Origin: a virus
Taxonomy: Duplodnaviria > Caudoviricetes
Virus record (IMG/VR): IMGVR_UViG_3300021185_002770
Coordinates: 1 to 39,266 of that record
DNA length: 39,266 bases
Direction: 5' to 3' (one strand)
Under the pieces are notes generated by a model that did no database searches, was not told the origin of the DNA, and saw only the letters and a list, made by a program, of their open reading frames with translations. A program made the position numbers and the translations under genes. Shown here one piece after another: positions 17,348 through 26,229 of the stretch; the first letter of the stretch is position 1, and every line of letters starts with the position of its first letter.

Positions 17348-19518
17348 TGGGGGCTGTGACCCCTAGTCTTGACGGGTCACAGCAGGCAAGGGGGGTACGG
17401 GCGAGTGGTGGTCTCGTCCGTGCCCCCTACGTCTCTACTGTCGAGGAACTAGAAGAACTTGTTGAGTACATAAAAGGCGTAGGAGAGTTCTCCTTCGACG
17501 TTGAGACTCGTGGGAACATCCACAAGAACAGCGAAGTCCTTGCTCAGGTAGAGCAAGATTGGGAGGAGAAGCAAGCCTCCCTCAAGTCCACTCACCCCAG
17601 CGTTATCGCCCGTAGCCGTCAGGCTATCGAGGATCGTTGGACGGGTAACATGGCTCTCGATCCTTTGCGTAACGACGTATTCTGGATCGGTCTGGCTACC
17701 GAGGGTATGTCGTGGGCAGTCCCCATGGGGCACCCTAACGGTGAGATCCTCGTTGAGGAGGTCAGGGGAGATGGTAGCACCGTCCCGCCCTCTGGTTACA
17801 GAGACCTCCTCTCATCAGGTAAGGAATCATTACGGAAGTCGAAGTACCATATCCCAGCGGTATTCACACCGCCCCCGACTCAACTAGACCAGGAGACAGT
17901 GTTCAAAGCTCTTGAGCCTCTGTTCTTTGACGATAACATTGTCAAAGTTAACCAGAACATCAAGTTCGACTGCAAGAGCATCGCCAAGTATTACGGCGGT
18001 CAACTACCTACTGGTAGATATATCGATACCCTTATCCTTATGCACATTCTTGACGAGAACCTGATGAGGTACGACCTCGGCAGCATCATCAAAGAGAACT
18101 TCGCAGGGCACGACCCTTACGCAGCAGACGGTAAGATCGGTGCAACCATCACGTCAGAGGCGTTCAGTAAGGCTACAGCGTACGTACATAGAGACGCACG
18201 CTGGGCATGGCTCCTGTACCGCAAGATGTATAACAAGATTTGCAAAGTAGAGGGTCTTCATAAGGCTCTCATGCTCGACATTGATTGTATCCGTCCTGTC
18301 GCACAGATGGAGATGAACGGTATCCACGTCAATACCCGCATGATGACCAACGTGGGTAAGGATTTGGATATGGATATCAATAACTGCTTGCGAGAGATTA
18401 GCTTCCACTCGTTCCCTGGTTTCAATCCTGACTCCAACAACGATTTGGCTACTCTACTCTTCAACAAGACTAGGATAGGTAAGGGATATCCGTCCGACTA
18501 TATCAAGGGGCTGGGTCTTAAGCCTGCCAAGCTGACAGCCGGGGGCAAGCCCTCAACAGATAGAGACACACTGGGTAAGCTCAAGGGTAAGCACGAGGTG
18601 ATTCAGCATCTCCTTGACTACTCTGAGCTTAAGAAGCTCAAGTCAACTTACGTTGAGGGTCTGACACCCATGCTCCACAGGAGCCGCCTACACCCCCAGT
18701 TCCACTTCCATCGCACGGCCACAGGTCGATTCGCATCTAGCGGGCCGAACCTACAGAATATCCCTCGTGATACGAAGATTCGCTCCCTGTTTACCGCAGG
18801 AGAGGGAGAGACCCTTATCGTGGCTGACTACTCGCAGATCGAAATGCGTATCATGGGTATGTTCAGCCAGGACCAGGAGCTTCTACGTATCTTTGCCGAC
18901 CCTGATATCGACCTTCACGAGGAGACAGCCAAGCTGATCCTTGGTAAGGACGAGGTATCAGGAGAGGAGCGACAGATCTTCGGAAAGACTCCAAACTTCC
19001 TTATGGGGTATGGAGGCTTTGCAAAGAAGTTGGTGGAGTCCACGAAAGGCCACCTCACAGAGGAGCAGGCACAGGAAGTCATCAATAAGTACAACTCGGC
19101 ATACGCCGGGATGACTGATTGGAAACGTGACGTACTGGACACTGCTCGATCTAAGGGGTACGTAGAGACCTTATATGGACGACGACGTAGGGTTCCAGAC
19201 ATCCTTACAGAAGGTAATGACTCCGACTCCTGGCGTAAGCGTTCAAGGGCAGAACGTCAGGCTATCAACGCTGTAGTACAAGGTACTGCTGCTGAGATTA
19301 TGAAGGAGGCAATTGTCAATATCGATGGTATACTACCCTTTCCTACTCATCGTATGCTTGTGCAAGTCCACGACGAGGTGGTAGTATCTGTACCGAGTGA
19401 TGAGGTTTTCGATTGGAAGCCTCGTATCGAGACAGCTATGGGTAACGGGCGCACTCTCATGGGTGTTCCTTTGGAAGTCGAAGCCGGTCATGCCCTATCC
19501 TGGGCCGAAGCTAAATGA
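17347..19518 (+). CDS. polA: Family A DNA polymerase with 3'-5' exonuclease
   Basis: ExoI FDVET, ExoII NQNIKFD, ExoIII YVHRDA, TATGRFASSGPNLQNIP, motif A ADYSQIEMR, motif B KTPNFLMGYG and motif C QVHDEV. Confidence 0.95.
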   Translation: MGAVTPSLDGSQQARGVRASGGLVRAPYVSTVEELEELVEYIKGVGEFSFDVETRGNIHKNSEVLAQVEQDWEEKQASLKSTHPSVIARSRQAIEDRWTGNMALDPLRNDVFWIGLATEGMSWAVPMGHPNGEILVEEVRGDGSTVPPSGYRDLLSSGKESLRKSKYHIPAVFTPPPTQLDQETVFKALEPLFFDDNIVKVNQNIKFDCKSIAKYYGGQLPTGRYIDTLILMHILDENLMRYDLGSIIKENFAGHDPYAADGKIGATITSEAFSKATAYVHRDARWAWLLYRKMYNKICKVEGLHKALMLDIDCIRPVAQMEMNGIHVNTRMMTNVGKDLDMDINNCLREISFHSFPGFNPDSNNDLATLLFNKTRIGKGYPSDYIKGLGLKPAKLTAGGKPSTDRDTLGKLKGKHEVIQHLLDYSELKKLKSTYVEGLTPMLHRSRLHPQFHFHRTATGRFASSGPNLQNIPRDTKIRSLFTAGEGETLIVADYSQIEMRIMGMFSQDQELLRIFADPDIDLHEETAKLILGKDEVSGEERQIFGKTPNFLMGYGGFAKKLVESTKGHLTEEQAQEVINKYNSAYAGMTDWKRDVLDTARSKGYVETLYGRRRRVPDILTEGNDSDSWRKRSRAERQAINAVVQGTAAEIMKEAIVNIDGILPFPTHRMLVQVHDEVVVSVPSDEVFDWKPRIETAMGNGRTLMGVPLEVEAGHALSWAEAK
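17353..17428 (+). promoter_or_regulatory. Two tandem strong hairpins at the start of the polA coding region (attenuator, processing site or operator)
   Basis: gctgtgaccc/gggtcacagc (10 bp, 17353-17383) and ggggggtacgggcgag/ctcgtccgtgccccct (16 bp with G-U, 17390-17428). Confidence 0.6.
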
Positions 19519-19527
19519 GGAGACATT

Positions 19528-20010
19528 ATGTCCAAAGATGATTATAAGTACGATGGTGAAGCCGCTGAACTGGCTATCCGGCAACGTAGGTTTTATATGA
19601 ACCTTAACCCCGCTGGACGTGGTGCAGAGATTGCTGAGGCTATGGGATACCTAAGCCCCGGCGACGATGGGGTAGCACACGAAGTACGGGACTCCGTACA
19701 GCACTGGCTCAAGGTGTCGAGGTCAGGTGGTATCGGTGATATCATGGACCTATCGTGGTGGATGGCACGTCTCATGGACCCCACTCACCGTTTCTCCAAG
19801 GAAGCTCTTGATGAACGGCACAGTGAGCTTATCTCCTTTGTGGGTGCTGTACTTTACGAGCTTATCGACTCTGGCGTAGTCGAGTGGGTCGAGGACCCTG
19901 ACATCCCTGATATTGTCATGGATATTGGCGACCTAAGTAAGGATGAACGTCACATTCTTGATAAACTGGAACAGACCATTACAAAGGAAGGAAAGAACGA
20001 TGGCGAATGA
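19528..20010 (+). CDS. Hypothetical protein
   Basis: GAGGAG RBS and operon context. Confidence 0.65.
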   Translation: MSKDDYKYDGEAAELAIRQRRFYMNLNPAGRGAEIAEAMGYLSPGDDGVAHEVRDSVQHWLKVSRSGGIGDIMDLSWWMARLMDPTHRFSKEALDERHSELISFVGAVLYELIDSGVVEWVEDPDIPDIVMDIGDLSKDERHILDKLEQTITKEGKNDGE

Positions 20011-20428
20011 TTGGTGGGCCAAGAAGTTAGGCAGTGATAAGCCGCCGCCCCAGTTTGGTATTACGGTACGGGAGCAGCCACCTCAGAGTGTTCCTGAGCC
20101 TGTACAGCCTCAACCTCAGCAGGTTCAACCCGAGCCTGCTCCTCAACAAGCCCCTGCCCCACAGCCTCCTGGTCGTCAGAAGGTTCTTGATCCTAACAGG
20201 CATGGTCAGGAGCAGGTCAACATGGGTGAGGCGCTGCGTCTTTGGGAAGGCGGCGAAGCCCAGAGGAAAGAGGGTGGCCTTAGCTGCCCTGAGTGTGGGA
20301 GTCTTACGGGGTACACTAACTACTCCGGTGGGAGTTCCCGTGTAGCTGGTCACACCCCCCGTTCTCATTGCTTTGAGTGCGGATATAACGGGCATTTCCA
20401 GCAGGGTGACCAAGCAAACTGGTCGTGA
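20000..20428 (+). CDS. Pro/Gln-rich protein with C-terminal zinc ribbon
   Basis: Start moved to ATG 20000 (GGAAGGAA RBS). CPECG..CFECG. Confidence 0.7.
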   Translation: MANDWWAKKLGSDKPPPQFGITVREQPPQSVPEPVQPQPQQVQPEPAPQQAPAPQPPGRQKVLDPNRHGQEQVNMGEALRLWEGGEAQRKEGGLSCPECGSLTGYTNYSGGSSRVAGHTPRSHCFECGYNGHFQQGDQANWS

Positions 20429-20488
20429 CCCTCAACACACTGCCAACAGGTGGTGTGTACATAATAATGACAACGAAGGAAGCACAAG

Positions 20489-21586
20489 ATGAGCGATAAC
20501 TTTAAGACGATTGATGAACTAGCAGCAGAAGTGAACAAGAAACTGGGGGCCGGAGTCCTTATGAGGGGCAGTACAGCCCGTCAGGACGTGCCACACCTCA
20601 GCACTGGTATCCTTGACTACGACCTGGCTATGGGTGGCGGGTTCGCCGCTAACCAGTGGAACGAGATCGTAGGTAACGAGTCGTCGGGCAAGACGGCTAT
20701 CGCATATCAGACTATTGCCCATAACATGCGAGAAGATCCCGAGTTCCTCGCCCTCTGGGTAGCAGCCGAGGAGTACGTCCCTGACTATGCGGCATCGTTT
20801 GGTATCGATATCGATAGGCTATGGGTGGTTGAGACTAACGAGATGGAGACGGCCCTGGAGCTGGTGCTCAAGGCCGTAGAGAACCACGCAGTTGATATGG
20901 TCGTCATCGACTCGATCCCTGCCCTCGTACCCAGTGATGAGGTTGAGAAGTCCATGGACCAGGCTGGTATGGCCGTAGGTGCCCGTCTCCTGGGTAAGTT
21001 CTTCCGCAAGTGTGCTGCTGCACAGCGCCGCTCCGAGGGAGAGCGTGAGTGTACTCTGATCGCCATTAACCAATGGCGAGACAGCATCGGCGTTATGTTT
21101 GGCGACCCCCGCACCACCCCAGGCGGCAAGGCTAAGAACTACTTTTACTTTATTCGTGTAGAGGTGCGTCGAGACGAGTGGCTCAAAGACGCATCGTCTA
21201 TCGAGTCTCGTGTCGGCCAGACCATCAAGATGAGGTGCTTTAAGAATAAGACGTACCGCCCCCAGCAGACAGCAGAGGTGGACTTCTACTTTGCAGACAG
21301 TAAGTCAGGGTTCGGCTTAGGTCAGTTCGACCTGGCTAAGGACGTTGTTACTGTCGCCCTTGCTCTGGAACTCTTTGAGGGGCGCTACAAGTTTGAAGGT
21401 GAGCGTATCGGTAAGTCCAAAGATGATCTCTACGTCGCAGTAGCTGAGGATGAGGCACTATGCTCTCGTATCAAGGAAGCTGCTATGAAGGTCCTGTCTA
21501 AGAACGTTGATACGTTTCGCAACTTTGAGTTGTCAGAAGAATCCGATCAAACCGTAGAAGAGGTTGACGTTGAGCTATCCGTTTGA
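20489..21586 (+). CDS. recA: RecA/UvsX-like recombinase
   Basis: STGILDYDLAMGGG, Walker A GNESSGKT, VVIDSIPAL, INQWRDSIGVMFGDPRTTPGGKA. Confidence 0.95.
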   Translation: MSDNFKTIDELAAEVNKKLGAGVLMRGSTARQDVPHLSTGILDYDLAMGGGFAANQWNEIVGNESSGKTAIAYQTIAHNMREDPEFLALWVAAEEYVPDYAASFGIDIDRLWVVETNEMETALELVLKAVENHAVDMVVIDSIPALVPSDEVEKSMDQAGMAVGARLLGKFFRKCAAAQRRSEGERECTLIAINQWRDSIGVMFGDPRTTPGGKAKNYFYFIRVEVRRDEWLKDASSIESRVGQTIKMRCFKNKTYRPQQTAEVDFYFADSKSGFGLGQFDLAKDVVTVALALELFEGRYKFEGERIGKSKDDLYVAVAEDEALCSRIKEAAMKVLSKNVDTFRNFELSEESDQTVEEVDVELSV

Positions 21587-21621
21587 TAAGATGTCCCCAC
21601 CACTCACAGAAGGAGTCTACC

Positions 21622-22266
21622 GTGGATAAGACAGTCATCGAACGAACAGAACAGGGGCAGAGGGGTTTTGACCTTCGTGTTCCCCCGTACATACGGGGAC
21701 CCAAGGAAGGCAGCCACATCCGTACCCAAACTGGTATTGACTTTGACATCGTAGATCCCGACACCTGGGTGTTCAACATGACTGACATCTCCTTCTCTCT
21801 GTCCAACTTGTGCCGGTTTGCTGGTCACCTTAACGGTTTCTACTCAGTAGCAGAGCACTCTGTACGGGTATCTGAGACACTGAAGGAATGGGGCGCACCC
21901 CCAGACGTGCAGTTGCTTGGCCTTATCCACGATGCTACGGAGGCGTATATGCTAGATATCCCCCGCCCCTGGAAGCACCTCGTTAGGCTTGGTGATACCC
22001 CCTATGAGGACTTAGAAACTGATATGATGCGGGCTATTGTAGAATGGCACGTCTCCGAGCGTGTTGATCTGCGTCACGCTTGGACCAATCGTTGGGACCT
22101 CGTACGTCGTGCTGACATGCACGTCTACGATATCGAGGAGAAGAGCCGCCGCACCGTTGCCGGTGTGGGCAAGCTGACGCCCGCTGAAGCCAAGGATGAG
22201 TTTAGCTCCCTGTGGCTTACACTCCGCAGTGAGGTGCGTACAGGAGGCGAAGATGCCCAGTCCTGA
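21622..22266 (+). CDS. HD-domain phosphohydrolase (YfbR/YfdR-like 5'-deoxynucleotidase)
   Basis: DISFSLSNLCRFAGH..FYSVAEHS..GLIHDATEAYMLDIPRPWK. Start moved to GTG 21622 (AAGGAG RBS). Confidence 0.88.
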   Translation: MDKTVIERTEQGQRGFDLRVPPYIRGPKEGSHIRTQTGIDFDIVDPDTWVFNMTDISFSLSNLCRFAGHLNGFYSVAEHSVRVSETLKEWGAPPDVQLLGLIHDATEAYMLDIPRPWKHLVRLGDTPYEDLETDMMRAIVEWHVSERVDLRHAWTNRWDLVRRADMHVYDIEEKSRRTVAGVGKLTPAEAKDEFSSLWLTLRSEVRTGGEDAQS

Positions 22267-22585
22267 GCAGATTAAGAGCCAGAAGCAGGAGAAGCGTTTA
22301 GCAAAGACCATGAATGGTTCTGTAAACGCCATGTCCGGTGCAGGCTGGGTCCGTAAAGCTGACGTACGCACTGACGAGTACATGGTCGAGGCCAAAACTA
22401 AGATGAAAGACGACGCTAAGACCTGCACTATACGTCATTCTGACCTGCGTGATCTCTCCAGGAGAGCTTACAAAGAGGGGCGTTTGCCGCTGTATATATT
22501 TGAGTTCGGCCCCCACAGCTATGTGACAATGCCAGAAGCTGACTTCCTAGACATGATAGACCTCGATGAGGAGGATGCAGAATGA
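22253..22585 (+). CDS. PD-(D/E)xK nuclease, putative Holliday junction resolvase
   Basis: QEKRLAK..SGAGWVRKADVR..VEAKT. Start moved to ATG 22253 (AGGAGG RBS). Confidence 0.7.
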   Translation: MPSPEQIKSQKQEKRLAKTMNGSVNAMSGAGWVRKADVRTDEYMVEAKTKMKDDAKTCTIRHSDLRDLSRRAYKEGRLPLYIFEFGPHSYVTMPEADFLDMIDLDEEDAE

Positions 22586-23487
22586 GTAACGAGGACCTAA
22601 AGGACTGGCACAAGGTCGAAAGCTATAAGAAGCGGTTTTCAGCTAAGGGCAATCAGAGGATTATCCCTGTCATTGAGAACGTTATGCTGGATGAGATGGA
22701 GAGCCGCAACGCCAGCCGTGATACGGCACACCTCCACCCAAGCGACCTGGCTAAGACTGATTGGTGCCCCCGTAGTACCTACTTCAAGATCACAGATGTT
22801 ACGGAGTCTAACCCTTCGTCGGTTTCTCTGAAACGTATGAATATCTTTCGTACGGGGCACGATATCCATGACAAGTGGCAAGAGTGGATGCGTCGTGCAG
22901 GGATTCTTTGGGGAGACTGGAAGTGTGAGTCCTGTGGGCATAAGTTCACGGCTCAATCACCAACGACCTGCCCCGAGTGCGGTGTAGCTGACAAGTTCAA
23001 GTACCTTGAGGTCAGTATCTACAACCGCAAACATCACATCATTGGCAACACCGATGGTTGGATTAAGGACGATCAGGGTGATGCCTTAGTAGAGATTAAG
23101 TCCATCGGCCTAGGTACTATTCGGTGGGATGCTCCTGGCTTGTACGCAGGTTACGAGTCCGGTGAGATGAAGTTGGATGACTTATGGAAAGCTATCAAGC
23201 GTCCGTTTGCTCCCCACTTACGTCAACTCTACTTGTATATGTACTGCTTAGGTTTGGAAAAGGGTATCGTTATCTACGAGTTCAAGGCGAGTCAGGACGT
23301 TAAGGAGTTTCACGTTACCTTAGATAAAGACGTTGTTCAGCCGATGCTTGACGGGGCTACATCCGTCCTCGACTCGCTTGAGGATAAGGTTGCACCCCCG
23401 ATACCTGAAGGCTTTATGAAGTCTAAGCAATGCCGGTTCTGTACATACAAAGACTACTGCTGGAATGGAGAAGCAGCCAATGCGTAA
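22582..23487 (+). CDS. Cas4/RecB-like exonuclease with zinc-ribbon insertion
   Basis: LHPSDL..WCPR, GHDIH, CESC..CPEC, GNTDG..VEIKS, QLYLY and CRFCTYKDYCW. Confidence 0.85.
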   Translation: MSNEDLKDWHKVESYKKRFSAKGNQRIIPVIENVMLDEMESRNASRDTAHLHPSDLAKTDWCPRSTYFKITDVTESNPSSVSLKRMNIFRTGHDIHDKWQEWMRRAGILWGDWKCESCGHKFTAQSPTTCPECGVADKFKYLEVSIYNRKHHIIGNTDGWIKDDQGDALVEIKSIGLGTIRWDAPGLYAGYESGEMKLDDLWKAIKRPFAPHLRQLYLYMYCLGLEKGIVIYEFKASQDVKEFHVTLDKDVVQPMLDGATSVLDSLEDKVAPPIPEGFMKSKQCRFCTYKDYCWNGEAANA

Positions 23488-23749
23488 AGTTGTAAAGAGA
23501 GAGCTTACCCAAGAAGAAGAACAGAAGGCGTACGACGTTACTTGGCAGAAGCGTTTTAAAAAGGCCATGGCTCTTAAGGATGATATAAAGCTATCAAAGG
23601 AAGAGCGATATCAACTAGCTCGATGGTTGCCAGGTGTGCCCGAGGAGTATGACGGGTCCTGGAAGGACCTCTCCTCTCAGGAACTCCATGATTTAATCGT
23701 AATGATGGAGGGTTTCCTTTATCTTACCTATATACTATCAACTCGCTAA
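23480..23749 (+). CDS. Small helical protein, possibly Mu GemA/DUF1018-like
   Basis: LSKEERYQLA..G..SWKDLSSQELHDLI. Start moved to ATG 23480 (GGAG RBS). Confidence 0.45.
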   Translation: MRKVVKRELTQEEEQKAYDVTWQKRFKKAMALKDDIKLSKEERYQLARWLPGVPEEYDGSWKDLSSQELHDLIVMMEGFLYLTYILSTR

Positions 23750-23776
23750 TATCTATTATACATAAGGACCTTTGAA

Positions 23777-24487
23777 ATGGAATCGATTAGTTTTACTACT
23801 TCCCCCGAAGTGACCCTATTCAACTCTATGGGAGACGACGAGGCAATCGTTAATGCTGCCAAGGTCTCTGTTAGAGGTGATCTTATTGGTGAGATCGACC
23901 CTGAGTCAGCATCTTCCTTTATTGACTTCCTCATGCGGAACCGCCACGGTTCACCCTTTGAGCACACGTCGATGACATTCCGCATAAAGGCACCGATCTT
24001 TGTGTGGCGTGAGTTCATGCGCCACCGTGTAGGGTTCTCTTATAACGAAGAGTCCGCACGATACAGGGAGCTGAATCCCGAGTTCTACATCCCCTCCCGA
24101 GCTAGGTATCAGGAGGGTAAGCCGGGACATTACGATATCACTCATGCGAAAGAGGGCGACCCTGTTAGCGAAGAGATGAAAGCTATCATGGAGGTTGCCA
24201 GCGCTCAGGCTTACAATCACTACCAAGGGCTACTGTCGGAAGGTGTGGCGAGGGAAGTAGCTCGCATGGTGCTCCCCCTAAACATCATGTCCTCAGCTTA
24301 CGTCACTTGTAACGCTAGATCCCTGATGAACTTCCTGAGCCTGAGAGTTCACGATGAAACAGCCGTATACCCATCGTATCCCCAGTATGAGATTGAGCAG
24401 GTAGCCAACGTGATGGAGAGCTACCTGTCAGAGGCGTTCCCTCTTACCTATGACTCTTACGTACGGAGAGGGCGAGTGGCCCCATGA
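23777..24487 (+). CDS. thyX: Flavin-dependent thymidylate synthase
   Basis: HGSPFEH, RHRVGFSYNEESARY, REVARMVLP and NARSLMNFLSLR. Confidence 0.96.
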   Translation: MESISFTTSPEVTLFNSMGDDEAIVNAAKVSVRGDLIGEIDPESASSFIDFLMRNRHGSPFEHTSMTFRIKAPIFVWREFMRHRVGFSYNEESARYRELNPEFYIPSRARYQEGKPGHYDITHAKEGDPVSEEMKAIMEVASAQAYNHYQGLLSEGVAREVARMVLPLNIMSSAYVTCNARSLMNFLSLRVHDETAVYPSYPQYEIEQVANVMESYLSEAFPLTYDSYVRRGRVAP

Positions 24488-24855
24488 CCAACAAGCCTAA
24501 GCAGACTGGTACTGACGCCGAGAACCGTGTAAGAGACTACCTACGGGCCAACGGGTGGCCCCACGCAGATCGTCTCACCCTGTCCGGCGTTAATGACCGA
24601 GGGGACGTACGGCTCCAGGACGGCACTAACTTCACAGTCGAGGTCAAAGGCGGGCAGGGAGCTATCTCTAACGTCCACAGCCACGTCAAGGAATTGAGAG
24701 AAGAGATGGTAAACAACGGCCATGACTACGGTGCTGTTGTCGCAAAGAAGGCAGGCTCCCGTAACGTCGGGGAAGATTGGGTCGCCATTATGCCAGTCGA
24801 AGTTCTAAACAGCATGATCCTGGTTATGCGTGAAAACGGACTCCTGGACACGTAG
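24484..24855 (+). CDS. Holliday junction resolvase (Hjc-like PD-(D/E)xK)
   Basis: KQTGTDAENRVRDYL..G..DRGDV..VEVK. Confidence 0.75.
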   Translation: MTNKPKQTGTDAENRVRDYLRANGWPHADRLTLSGVNDRGDVRLQDGTNFTVEVKGGQGAISNVHSHVKELREEMVNNGHDYGAVVAKKAGSRNVGEDWVAIMPVEVLNSMILVMRENGLLDT

Positions 24856-24857
24856 TC

Positions 24858-24866
24858 TGGTATACT
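24858..24866 (+). promoter_or_regulatory. Extended -10 promoter (TGGTATACT) for spoVS
   Basis: The same 9-mer occurs at 4834 and 15879. Intergenic. Confidence 0.55.
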
Positions 24867-24905
24867 TGGTCTAAGTACACAACTCGCATATCAGAAGGAT
24901 TAGAA

Positions 24906-25196
24906 ATGACTAAGAAGAATATGAATGTAGACGACGTTATCCGAGTGCGGGGCGACAGCAATGCTGGCGCTATCGCATCAGTTATTGCACGAGCAGTAGT
25001 AGGAGGGGGCAAGCCGAAGGTCCGAGCAATTGGAGCGGCTGCCGTCAACCAGGCTACCAAGGCTTGCGCTATCGCTCGTGGTTTCGTGGCCCCCCGAGGT
25101 ATCGACCTCAGTTATATCATTGGATTTGATGATATCGAAGGTGACTCTGGTAAGCCCATTTCAGCGATTACATGGACTCCTGACTACAGTATCTGA
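24906..25196 (+). CDS. spoVS: SpoVS family (Alba-like fold) protein
   Basis: IRVRGDSNAGAIASVIA..VRAIGAAAVNQATKACAIARGFVAPRGIDL..GFDDIEG..ISAI. Confidence 0.92.
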   Translation: MTKKNMNVDDVIRVRGDSNAGAIASVIARAVVGGGKPKVRAIGAAAVNQATKACAIARGFVAPRGIDLSYIIGFDDIEGDSGKPISAITWTPDYSI

Positions 25197-25202
25197 TATA
25201 CT
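25194..25202 (+). promoter_or_regulatory. Extended -10 promoter for a leaderless transcript
   Basis: TGaTATACT, then exactly 6 nt, then ATG 25209. No SD sequence. Confidence 0.55.
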
Positions 25203-25208
25203 TACTGC

Positions 25209-25412
25209 ATGTTCTCTCCCGAGGCCGACCGTGCCCGTAAAACACTTCAAGGTATGAGGAGCATGGCTGATCGCCAAGCTACCAGTCAGCCGGTAATCGA
25301 GGACGAACAAGATGGACCACGCCCCGTATCCCACCTAGGAGGGGGTCGTGGAAGTAGCTTCCAAGCCTTCGCCATGGCTGCGGGATTCTCTAATGGGGGT
25401 CAAAGAGTATGA
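25209..25412 (+). CDS. Small hypothetical protein (leaderless)
   Basis: Leaderless promoter geometry and an ATGA overlap with the next gene. Confidence 0.55.
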   Translation: MFSPEADRARKTLQGMRSMADRQATSQPVIEDEQDGPRPVSHLGGGRGSSFQAFAMAAGFSNGGQRV

Positions 25413-25894
25413 GTACATCCTTTTCGCAGTGGCAGGGAGGCGAAGCCCTCCCCAATGATGGTGCTATCGGCCCCACTCCTAACTTCCGTGACGCTAAAGA
25501 CCGGCGCTTGGCAGCTTTCGGGGCAACACCTGATGCCCAGTACCCAGATGGTTATATCGGTATCCACGGTTCCACGACACGCCGTCAGGACAAGCTCCTC
25601 GATGGCGTCATGCGCCAGAACAAGCGTACATACAGCCGAGGAGTTCACAAGGGTGAGCGTATCAACCAGGGTGATTACCTATGGCCTGATGAGTTTAACC
25701 TTATGACAGGTTTAGAACGTCAGGTGTCAGGTGTCAAGTGGGCACCCCCAGGTGCTGAGCCTGTTCGACTTACTAACGACGGTAAAGTCGGCCCCCGTGG
25801 TATCCCGAGTGGCCTGCCTCGTGTAGAGGATATGGGCCATATCGATCCTCAGCGTCGTACTGCCCTCCAGAGCCTAGCGCCGGGGTGGAAGTAA
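25409..25894 (+). CDS. Hypothetical protein
   Basis: Coupled to both neighbours. Contains PDAQYPDGYIG and YSRGVHKGERI..Y.WP. Confidence 0.7.
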   Translation: MSTSFSQWQGGEALPNDGAIGPTPNFRDAKDRRLAAFGATPDAQYPDGYIGIHGSTTRRQDKLLDGVMRQNKRTYSRGVHKGERINQGDYLWPDEFNLMTGLERQVSGVKWAPPGAEPVRLTNDGKVGPRGIPSGLPRVEDMGHIDPQRRTALQSLAPGWK

Positions 25895-26229
25895 TGAATC
25901 TACGTGACCAAGCCCCTCGACAACAATCGAAAGCACCCTTTCAGAGCAGGGAAGAGTTCCTGGTTGATGAGTCGTTGCAGATTGCATACGCTCCCGCTGA
26001 GGCTATTAGACAGATTCGCCCCGTAGCCCCTGTTATCCTACACGCTGAACGACGTGGGTTCACAACCTCTCAGGCAGGTATTCACGACGTACTTAGTGCA
26101 GACCGCCTTGCGCCCTCTAACCGTTCATGGGTGAGTGGGGTCGTCGTACAGCCGAGTATCATATCAGACTACTCTGATACCAAATGGGGCGGTTCTGCCC
26201 GCAACGCTATGAGCGAAGGAGTCTACTGA
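25894..26229 (+). CDS. Hypothetical protein
   Basis: TAATG coupling at 25894 and TGATG at 26229. Confidence 0.65.
   Translation: MNLRDQAPRQQSKAPFQSREEFLVDESLQIAYAPAEAIRQIRPVAPVILHAERRGFTTSQAGIHDVLSADRLAPSNRSWVSGVVVQPSIISDYSDTKWGGSARNAMSEGVY

Noticed and set aside
17347-21586. Inteins or introns in polA, recA or the helicases
   Set aside because: The ORFs are uninterrupted and of ordinary length, with no C..HN-(C/S/T) splice motifs or homing endonuclease signatures.
22582-23487. Cas4-like gene as a sign of a CRISPR system
   Set aside because: I saw no repeat-spacer array and no other cas genes. Solo Cas4-like exonucleases are common in phage recombination modules.
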